Shown here: positions 54,673 to 64,000 of the stretch, piece after piece
Numbering within the stretch: the stretch's first letter is position 1
How the letters are laid out: every line of letters begins with the position of its first letter
Origin: Octopus sinensis
Lineage: Eukaryota
Direction: 5' to 3'
DNA length: 64,000 nt
Assembly: GCF_006345805.1 (NCBI RefSeq)
Contig: NC_043009.1
Coordinates: 13,516,001 to 13,580,000 of the forward strand
Translations under genes and position numbers: made by a program
Notes under the pieces: generated by a model
Told to the model about the DNA's origin: nothing
What the model saw: only the letters and a program-made list of their open reading frames with translations
The model's database searches: none

Positions 54673-55338
54673 GAAAGATAGATAGCTAGATGGATGGAAG
54701 GATACATTTACAGATAGTATGAGAATTTCATTTAATCTCTAAGGTGCATCTACTCAAGCAAAGCGGGTACACTGTAATTTCAGTTATATAAATAATGATT
54801 CAGACTTAATCACATCAAAACCTGTAATCTGAAATAGACTTAATTTATTAGCTAATAATGTAGTATAATATTAACCTAAGCCTCTCATTTCCGAAGGATA
54901 TCTGTTAGGCGAAAGTGGTTTTGTAATATGTATTAATACGTAATATCTCAGTGTTGCGTGGATAAAGGTCATAGTTGATCATAGAATTGTGAAACGAATT
55001 AGTTATAGCCCCGTAAATTATGATTCCATACTTCTTGAACGTTGTAGAACTAGTATTAATAACCTCAGTATAAGTAGATAGGTCTTATATAGTTATGAAT
55101 GTCGTAGTTGTAGTAGTATTCATAGAAGACAAAATATGAATGATACATTGTGAGATAGGGTAAGTTTATGCGATAACAGTATAGTAAAAAAAACATACTA
55201 ATATTGCTAGTTAGAACAATGCCAATAGTAATGTCAGTTCTAATAATGCCAATAGTAATGCCAGTATTAATAATGATGATGTTAATTGTGATTTGTGAGA
55301 CAAATATTTAAGACTTCTTTTTCGTTATATCTTTGCAG
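51076..55338 (+). other. Phase-1 GT-AG intron of FMRFa (4263 nt)
   Basis: Donor gtgagt at 51076 and acceptor tttgcag ending at 55338; splicing restores one continuous ORF. Confidence 0.9.
53958..54731. repeat. Three tandem copies of a ~260-300-bp unit with embedded (TA)n/(TG)n, in the FMRFa intron
   Basis: Unit taaatgataaat(c/t)gaaatattaactaaatcg...actttcgtccgtga...(TA)n...aatgaaagata starts at about 53958, 54214 and 54518. Confidence 0.9.
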
Positions 55339-56147
55339 GTTCTGAAGACGGATTAAAGAGCAAACGCTTTCTTCGTCCAGGAAGAGCTCTTTCTGGAGAT
55401 GCTTTCTTGAGATTTGGTAAAAATGGTCTAAATTTACCATTTGAAGACAAACGATTCCTTCGATTTGGTAGAACTGATCGACAATTTGAAGATATGCTAA
55501 AGGAAGTTTTACAGAGAGCTGAAACCGTTGACAATAGACAAAAGAGATCCACTGACAACATTCCTCAAAGCTCAGTTCAAGATGACAGTTCGAAAATTAC
55601 GAAGAGAAATGCTGATGCCAGTGAAAACGGAATGGACAAGAGATTTATGAAATTTGGTAAATCCGGTGATCCTTACGTCAATGAATGGAGTGACAAGCGT
55701 TTCATGAGATTCGGTCGGGAACCTGACAAGCGATTCATGCGATTTGGAAAATCTGATGATAAACGATTCATGCGCTTTGGTAGAAACCCAAGTGAACTTG
55801 AAGATAGAATCGAGGAAGGAAAACGCTTTATGAGATTTGGACGGGGCAATGATGAAGAAGAAAAACGGTTTATGAGGTTTGGACGTGATCCTGACAGTAA
55901 GTTAATGGGTTATGGTAATAGTGACGAAGAAAAACGCTTTATGCGCTTTGGTAGAATGTCAGATGAAGCTGATGCTCAAAAAAGGTTCATGAGATTTGGC
56001 CGAAGTGTTGATGATGACAAGGCGAACAGGTTGAAAAAATCAAACGATCAGCTTCGTACGATAAGAACGGGACGTAGCGTTGATGATAAAAAGGTGAACA
56101 GCGCTAATGGAGATGCGTATCTAAGAATCGGACAAAGTGATGAATAA
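55339..56147 (+). CDS. FMRFa: FMRFamide precursor, coding exon 2 (peptide cassette: FLRP, ALSGDAFLRF, FLRF, FMKF, 7x FMRF and divergent C-terminal units)
   Basis: Acceptor ttctttttcgttatatctttgcag|GT. G(51075)+GT forms Gly, in frame with the 55407..56147 ORF. Repeated KR-FMRF-G(R/K) units, the cephalopod decapeptide ALSGDAFLRF-GK, furin site RQKR (55536-55547) and stop TAA at 56145-56147. The joined CDS is 951 nt, 316 aa. Confidence 0.97.
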
Positions 56148-56470
56148 GATGTTGGTACGTTGAGCAGGCTGACGGGATCCGTCCCATGTTTGGAAATAAG
56201 AAAGACAACTTTTTTCAAATCAAATAACTGCAGTAACAACAACAAGAAGCAACATCAACAAGAATATGAGTAGGAAAAAATAGAATATCAAATCAACAAC
56301 AACAACAACAACAATAACAATCAGATTTTGTGATCATATCTTGAACGTTGTGTTTACATCTATCATAAAACATCTGTTGGAGAGTAACGAACTGCTTGTT
56401 TAGGAGGAAACATTTTGATTTCTATATGACCAGTTCTAATTGAAAAGAAAGAAGGACATTAAAAATTCAT
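56148..56470 (+). other. Proximal 3'UTR of FMRFa with (CAA)n tracts; possible ATTAAA poly(A) signal at 56458-56463
   Basis: Follows the stop codon. No AATAAA nearby, so the 3' end cannot be fixed from sequence. Confidence 0.4.
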
Positions 56471-58587
56471 CAACAACTCAACTCTCTTATGGTGGTAGTT
56501 GGTATATCTCTCTATATTGTACAATTTATATAAAACTGGATCGATAGTTCCTCGTCGTATCCAGAAATTCAGGACTTATACCAGCCTTCAATGTAGAGCT
56601 TTTTCAGCATGCTTCATCACTATGTGTATATATGTATATGTGTATATGTGTTTATGTATACATTTGTCGAAAACCCCACTCTATATATACAACTGTATAT
56701 TTACGTTCGTGGTTATGTATGTGCATGTATGTTATATATATATATATATATATTTATATATGTACATGCTATCATATATGTGCACTAGTTTGCATACATA
56801 ACCCTCTCACATATGCATCAATATGCATCACAGACAAACATATAAATATATATACATAGAAAAGAACCACCAAATAGAGTGAGTTTGATGAAATGGTTTT
56901 ATGAAAATTAAATGTAAATTTTGTGGAGAATTAAAATTTTATTATATATCCTTCACGAGATTTCAGATTTACTTAACCAACTTAATGTACGTATTCTAAT
57001 TAAACAATAATTATTTGCTGCCAAATGTATTTCTTACTTCAAATGTAGTTGAATGCTTTGTTGTTGTTATATACTGACAAAATTGCTGGTGGTAAATCTT
57101 CATATTTAAACTCTTTTTGATTCTTTAATTCCTACGTATAAAATATCCGATAGAGTCTGGTGAAACATGACTGTAATCAGAGATCAGGTCTCCGAAAGAA
57201 TTGTTATATCTTGGGTCAACCATTGGCTTATTTATTTATTAGATAAATGAACTGATATTTATATCAAGTATTTTTACATATTTTCCATGTCATGAACTGT
57301 GGCGTAGCAAAAGAGAGTAACAAGAGTACCAGGCTTCTAACAATAGTACACTATTATATCGGTTGATTTATTTACGACTGTAGACCTTGCGACTAATCTT
57401 TCAAAATGTTGTAGCCGATTATAACAATTATACAATTTAATTGATGTTCATTTTATTGACACAGAAAATATGAACAACAAAGTCAAATGTGGCAGAACTT
57501 GAACTCAGAGCGTGAAGGGTTAAAACTAAATACCCTGTGATAGTTTGTTGGAAATTCTGACAACTTACAGCCATTATATACATGAATGATTATTTCTTTC
57601 TATGATATGATCGGCCTAATATATCGGTGATAGTTATTGTGAATTATCATGGACAAAAGTAAGAAACTGGAATTTGAATTCCTGAAGGACAAACAATTTT
57701 ACTATCGGCAGTGAACTACGATCAGAACATATAGGACCAGCAGAGGGTTAAGTAAGCAACCTGTGCACACTATAGCTAAATAGAAGAAGATGATTGTCTT
57801 ACTAGAAGTACAAGAGTTTCTATACACACAGATGCGAGTGTAAGCATATATATATATCCGTCGATTGTCGCAGGTGTTACGCTTCTCCCCTACGATAGGT
57901 GACAATCTGCGAAGTAGAAACAGTACTGCACTCTATATGTTATCGTAAAATCTTTTATAATTTGTATATATTTATTTTATCATAGATGCAAATCTGTTCC
58001 ATGGTGGAGTCGACGTATGTTTAAGTAATAAACCACAATAGGAGAACCATGATATGGCGAGCGATTACAGTATTGACAGATTGATAGGGAGAGAGGGAGG
58101 GGGAGAGAGGGAGATATTTATAATGGTTTTGTTTTTATGCTTGCAACAAGTGCAACATATTTTTCTATTAATATGTTTATACTGTTTCAAACAGTTTATA
58201 ATATCATAGTTTCAAACAGTTTATAACATTAATATGTTTATACTGTTAAAATAAAATGTAACGGAATGACCTAGAAGTTTTTATAAGAAAACAAACGTTC
58301 TATTTTTTGAATCTCATAATTTGGAACAAATTATTTTTCTAATGGACACAGGTTCGTGTGTCATATAGCTAGTTAGAGGTGAAGGTCTCTTGGAGCTAAT
58401 CAACGGCATCTTTAGTCCTATATTTATGGATTGCCATATTAGCTTGGCGATAACTGTTCATTTCCGGTACCGCTGCCGTAGTCTCCTTTAGAGAGACTTA
58501 GAAATAACAATATTTCTATTTGTCTAACAATTTTCAGTTAATATATGTCAGCAAAATATACCAATTTTAATGAAAAAAAATATATAT

Positions 58588-58975
58588 AGAAGGCAAACGT
58601 GGGTGTTTGGTAAGAAGCTTGCTTCCCAACTACATGGTTCCAGGTTCAGTCCCACTGCGTGGCACCTCGGGCAAGTGACTTCTTCTGAAGCCCCGGGCCG
58701 ACCACAGCCCGAGTGGATTTAGTAGACGGAAATTGAAAGGAGCCCGTCGTATATGTATCTAATGACTGTGTATATATATATGTGTCTCTCTATATGTATA
58801 TGTTCGTATATATATATGTCTGTGTTTGTACCATCTACAATCGCTTGACAACTGATGTTGGTGCGTTTACGTCCACGTAACTTAGCGGTTCGGCAAAAGA
58901 GACCGATCAAATAAGTACTAGATGCTCCACTATGGCTGCAGTCAAATGACTGAAACAAATAAAAGAATAAAAGAA
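58588..58975 (+). mobile_element. SINE group A
   Basis: Head, ggcacctcgggcaagtgac core, internal TA-rich tract and gactgaaacaaataaaaga tail. Confidence 0.8.
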
Positions 58976-60399
58976 TATATGACTAATGCAGCACATGTCT
59001 GTTTCGTTAGTTTCCTGTAGTTAGTATACACCCTGACGCTTACGTACGTTGCTACAAGCCGGTGTCCCTTTTAATGACCAAATTCTATTTTAATATGCTG
59101 AATCCATAAACATTTAAAGAGGCTTGAGTATGTTGGGATATCTATTAGTGGCTAAAATAAAAACGATAACAATTCAAAGAAATAAAGCAAAGGAAGAAAA
59201 CATACCTTGAACCAGATCCTCCAGAAATACTGAATTCCAAATATTACCTTCTAAAGTCTCAGTTTCTCAACCAAAGCCTAATCATGAAAATAATGTAACT
59301 CATTTCTTTTGCTATTATTTGAAGTCAATGATATTAATTCATATTTGATTTGTCCGTTACTATCATATTCAGTTAGAACCTTTAAAAAAACGCTGTTAAC
59401 GCCATAGCACCATTATCATTAGTGTAATGAGCTAAACTTCTGACTTTGATGTGCTGTCTAGAAACTATTCTATAATAATTTAGTTCAGTTCTACAACGGT
59501 GAAATAATGAATTCGATGGCTTAAAATAAAGAAATTAATTAGGATATATATGTAACGATGGTGAAAGGCTAATTTGAATCTTAAGCAATTCATTTGCGAA
59601 ATATGTTTAATGACGTTGTTATTACTTTTGATTGCATGAATTACATAAAACTAATGAACGGTATGTCTTCCTTTGAATGCTTTGTTTGCATGAAATGTGT
59701 CTTGGATAATTCACCTTTGAAAAGCCCATCGTTCACTGACGTCTACTTAGAACAGTAATTGTACATAGCGCTACAAGCGAATATTACAGTGACATTGCGT
59801 ACGCTGCTGAGTTTGCGCCTCTCCTAAATACACATGGATTTCACTGGACTCTTCAGTTGATGAGAAATCGCTCCAATACACTAGGACGTTTCAACTCTTT
59901 TGAACTCTCTGGTTTTTCCTATTTTTGATTTTTCTTACTCTGCTATCTCGCAACCCGTACGTTGATACTTTGCCCTCTCTCTCTTTCCTTTCCTTTTCAT
60001 TTTCGTCTTCTCTTCTTCATTTCTTCTCCATTTCACTCTGTTTCTTCCTTCTTTCTCTCCCAGTCTTTTTTTTATTTTTCCTCTCCTCTTGCTTCCTATA
60101 TTTTTTCTAGTTATTTTTTTATTTTTCTTCTCCTCTTGCCCCTTGTATTTTTTCTCCTCGATCCTTTTGAATTTTTTTCTTTTCACGCCTTTTAAATTTT
60201 TTTGATCCTCTATATTCCGTACGTCATTATTGTGCCCTACTCTACCCCATTTTTCTCCTTTTCCAATGTGCTGCTGCATGGTTTTGTGTGAATCTGTCTA
60301 TTTGTGATGCAGCACAAGAACGTAATACTGATTACGTTACATTATAATCTCATCTCAAGTATATGGATATTTTTTGGCCTATGAATGAAAGTATATATT

Positions 60400-62200
60400 T
60401 GGCATACGCACAGACATGTCAGTGTAAAGCTTCCTGATTGTAGTATTTTGTCATAAATAATATCACTCTGTATTTCAACTTACTGTTCCATCTCTAGTTT
60501 ATCCTTCATGAAAGGTTTGTTCAGATAACACACCTGACATTTGTCATGAAGTTTCTTTTCTCCTCTAATTTCTGTCTTAAATTTGAGGGTAGTTTCACTA
60601 GATGTATAAGGTATTCAAACAATTTCTCCATCCAGTTCACCAATATCTTCAGCATATCTTTCGATTGTGTATTTTCTTTCTGCGTTGCTGAATGTATCCA
60701 CTTCGTCATAAAGATGATTGCTCAAAATCCACTCCAGGAAAATGTTGAAGGAAAACTAGGAAAAATGGTATTTCTAAAATACTGCTGCTGCACTGAATCA
60801 CCAATGATGCATTGTGCTAGTATTACTTTCGTTTTTATTAGGTGTAAACTTATTATATAGCATGAGTTAACTTCTGGGATAGGAAAAATTTCACCATTGT
60901 GAGGCACCGCGCTTCATCTATTAAACGCCATCATGAATGGCGTAATGGTATTTTCATATAGAGTGCAGAGATGCAAAATATACTCAGCAGTGATTCTAAT
61001 GTTATATAAGCTACAATGCACTCTGTCTAAGATCTGTTATTTCTGAGTGACGCTGAGCTTTACTGAGACATGTCAGATCTCACAGAATAGTTATAAGGAT
61101 GTCTACTGTGGCTTTTATTCATCGCTCAGGGTTTTAAAAAATTCTTGTATCTGAGCATATGGAGGTTTCCCGAATGTTCAGCACATTTAAATCACCAACT
61201 TTCTATTAGTGCCATAGTTTTGAGTGCACTGTGTCCAGTTTTTCTTTATTACAGTAAGAATTTTTTCTTTATTTTTAATCATGTTTTTGTTACGATGTGT
61301 TGTCTTTAGGGAAGCCTGTTACCAGTTCAAACGCTTCTTGTGTTCTACTGGAATGGCTATTTTCAGTTTTCATTATATTGTAAAGCAAATCATTTTTGCT
61401 GTACTTCCATATTTTCTTTCGATATCTAATTGTCGTTTTTCTTTCTCTTGTTACATTTTTATTGCCTCTGTTGACTCATCTATCCTACATCTTGTTTATA
61501 GCTCTTGGCATAAACCTACAACGTCTTTTCACCAGATCTTCACTCACCTTCTCAGTCCACATAGTGTTTTAAATCGTTTGCAACGAACACTTCGTTAACT
61601 TGGAGGGGATTTAATGGTGCAAGTGTCTTCCAAAGTGTTACATGAAATTCTTTAGGATATATTGTAAATACATACCGACAAAATTTCCTTATGCCTGCCT
61701 GAAATTCATCAAGACAAGGTTAAGATCACTACCTGTATCTGTTCGTTTCAATATTTTTGTCATTTGTATTTACACACGTTTGTTTGCATCATAGTACAAA
61801 AGTATAGTCTACCTTGTGGTGTGATCGATTAGGAGTATGCTAAGTCTACCTTTTGGATGCCTTATTCATGTCTATGGTAGTATCATGTTACAATTGACAG
61901 ACTAGATGGAAGCGTCCCGCTTTTATTTCACTGAAAGCGCTACACACATTTTGTGCATCATTCTCTCACACTCAACTTAACCGGTAAAAGCTGAATGCCG
62001 CTATAACCTGCCTTCTCATTTAGCTCTTGTTAAAACGGTTTTGGGACTCATAACTATAAGATCATAAGCTCTCAAAATTATTGGTATCGATTCTGTTTCA
62101 ATATGTCTCAAAGAATGGAATGTAAACAACCAGATTGTTTGCAGATGTGATATGTAAAGCAATTATCACCTTCCTCGTATAATATTCAATAAGGTTATTC
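60400..62200 (-). mobile_element. Decayed RTE-clade LINE (AP endonuclease end through RT)
   Basis: The - strand gives HHKVDYTFV and TDTGSDLNLVLMNF (NQIDY / GSDH endonuclease motifs) and FNIFLEWILSNHLYDEVDTFSNAERKYTIERYAEDIGELDGE (FNIFLERIM...RFADD). Confidence 0.65.
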
Positions 62201-62459
62201 AAGAGAATTTAAATGAAATTTTTAATCTATCAAACATTGCCAAGCGGAAGAGAAACATAGCACTTACATTCACGCGGCAAACGCGATTTGAACACACACA
62301 CAATAATAATAATAACACAAATAATCGATTTGAACACACACACTGAATACATATATAATGTATATGAATGTACTGTATATGAGCATACATATACATGCAA
62401 ACATACATTCGCACATTCACAAACTGATACACAGAAGCACATATATTGATGCATATGTG

Positions 62460-62536
<77 letters not shown>

Positions 62537-62554
62537 ATATATAGATAGATAGAT

Positions 62555-62635
<81 letters not shown>

Positions 62636-62769
62636 CAGTAAACCCCAAAGATGAAGTTGAACAAACATAAAGAAACAACGCGACGACGTCAGCAGACGCT
62701 CGGGGAAGGAAAGCTGGTTTAATCGCAGGGAAAAACATCGTCAGCGATTCACACCTATGTTTGCGCTTA

Positions 62770-63560
62770 AACCAAATTTGTGCTTATATACTGCACTCGA
62801 TCAAATGATGATTGATACTGTCGTATCCTCTACCGTAGATTGTATCTTTGCTGCTGTCTGTTTCTTATTACTTGTCTTTATCAGATTTGTTTGGCTGGCT
62901 TGTTCCTGGGCAGCTATAATTAGAGTTTCTCTTTCTCGTCTGGTGTTCCCCTCGCCAACGAGAGCCAGCGATCTTTATCGCCAATATTCTTGGAGTCTTA
63001 CATAAATTGTCCACGTAGTTCCATTTATTTCTATTTATTTGCTCTGTTCTTCATTTTCCTTTTGAATTCTCCCACTGTTTCAGTCAGTTTTGGGGTATCT
63101 CTGGCTGCTCGTAATATTCGTTATATACTCAGCGCAACAATTTTTCAGACCCAGTATCAGAATATTAACAGTGACCTCTGCGTTCAGTAATCCTCTTTCA
63201 CCTTCCTTTCTTTGTATGTGGAGAGGGTCGGCATTGTGATCAGAATGGAATGGGTCAGCATTCTAATTCTGAACATTTTTAGTTCTATCCAACATATTAA
63301 GCTCAAACTTTTTCCATTCTTGAAAGGTAGCTGAATATCTCAACATTAGCACAGCCCATGTATTTAAGGTTTAATGATGATCCCTGCATTTAATTTTGTT
63401 TCAGCACCCTAATGATTCTCTCGTAGTCTTTAGTGGCTTACCCTCTCGTTATCTTATCCTCATGCGACACTTAGAGATATTTGTATCCCTCATTATTCCA
63501 CAGCCATCTAATGATGGTGTCTTGTGGTAATTTTATGCCCTCATAATTTTATGCGCACTC
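62770..63560 (-). mobile_element. Decayed Dong/R4-like LINE fragment (post-RT region)
   Basis: The - strand gives GYKYL, a KLNAG..NTWAVLMLRYS-like segment and ETLIIAAQEQASQTNLIK, resembling the ET(E)ALICAAQEQ motif; many lesions. Confidence 0.6.
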
Positions 63561-63744
63561 CTATACCATAAATTAAGTTGCGTTATCTTTACTGAATACT
63601 CTCATTGTTTGGATCAAAGAATGTGACCAAATTTTAATAAAGTAGGTGATTTACTCTCATCTTAATTTTAATAAACTCATTTGTGTGAGAGAGCAATGCC
63701 ACCAAAGTGACAGTGGGATGAAAATATAGGCAACTCAACATACT

Positions 63745-64000
63745 CATCGTGACTACCCGTGTGATAAGAGGATATCCAGCACATGCATCACAAAAATATG
63801 TGCGCTACATGGTGATATCATATAAAGATATACAGAGCATGACCTTGCAGGTAGGTCCTAGTTAGAATTTTCTTCAGCTTGTGTAGTTCTACCCTCTCAA
63901 AAATCACTGAATAAGGTTTTGTTTAGGGGTGCTGAACGAAGCAGAGGTGAATTATCCGAAGAATTCATCTCAAAACTCAATGATGCTTCCCCACTACTTC
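63745..64000. repeat. Unclassified interspersed repeat running off the window end
   Basis: From memory, gcacatgcatcac..atatgtgcgc.acatggtgat..gcatgaccttgcaggt..gttagaattttcttcag is a frequent Octopus repeat; only one copy is present here. Confidence 0.4.

Noticed and set aside
55662-55694. SGDPYV spacer resembling the GDP/SDPY start of gastropod heptapeptides
   Set aside because: Not followed by LRF-G; it is an acidic spacer and the similarity is only 3-4 residues.
59940-60190. Pyrimidine-rich tract giving a K/E/R-rich ORF (59935-60279) and F/S/L-rich ORFs
   Set aside because: Low-complexity strand-asymmetric DNA, like 10230-11080; no coding evidence.
454-62738. The many YI/CV/HT/LS/M-rich ORFs in the six-frame track (e.g. 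742-1359, 13067-13597, 26850-27440, 35201-35461, 41594-42176, 53975-54511, 62199-62738)
   Set aside because: They are translations of (TA)n, (TG)n, (GA)n, (TATG)n, (ATG)n and (ATT)n microsatellites, with no domain-like content or splice support.
56148-64000. Lymnaea-style alternative downstream exons encoding heptapeptides (GDPFLRF/SDPFLRF)
   Set aside because: No xDPFLRF-G or KR-flanked RFamide coding found by eye or in the ORF track downstream. VFIRFV in ORF 62757-63005 is antisense LINE sequence without Gly or basic flanks. Such exons could lie beyond the window.

Overview
AT-rich, microsatellite-saturated eukaryotic DNA that looks like an octopod cephalopod (Octopus-type) genome, inferred from the neuropeptide sequence and the SINE families. 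The only host gene I can support is an FMRFamide neuropeptide precursor on the + strand. It has two coding exons, 50934-51075 (signal peptide and Cys-containing pro-region) and 55339-56147 (peptide cassette), joined by a phase-1 GT-AG intron into a 316-aa ORF. A splice acceptor just before the ATG implies a non-coding first exon further upstream; the best core-promoter candidate is near 35470-35500. The cassette encodes 7 FMRF, 1 FLRF and the decapeptide ALSGDAFLRF, plus deviant units: FLRP, FMKF, a decayed LMGY copy, TIRT-GR and GDAYLRI-GQ. Two of these are one A-to-G change (an A-to-I edit) away from canonical forms. The rest of the window is mobile DNA: three tRNA-type SINE groups, decayed CR1/L2-, Dong/R4- and RTE-like LINE fragments, a Helitron-like insertion inside a LINE RT, and a probable MITE. 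The most unusual non-coding signal is a set of minimal type-I hammerhead-ribozyme-like motifs (Penelope/retrozyme style), all pointing into (TA)n tracts. The best example sits in both copies of a near-identical 543-bp tandem repeat (11685-12728). Several (TA)n-adjacent fold-back inverted repeats also occur, including a 93-bp near-perfect hairpin at 40687-40917. Almost all ORFs in the supplied track are microsatellite artefacts.
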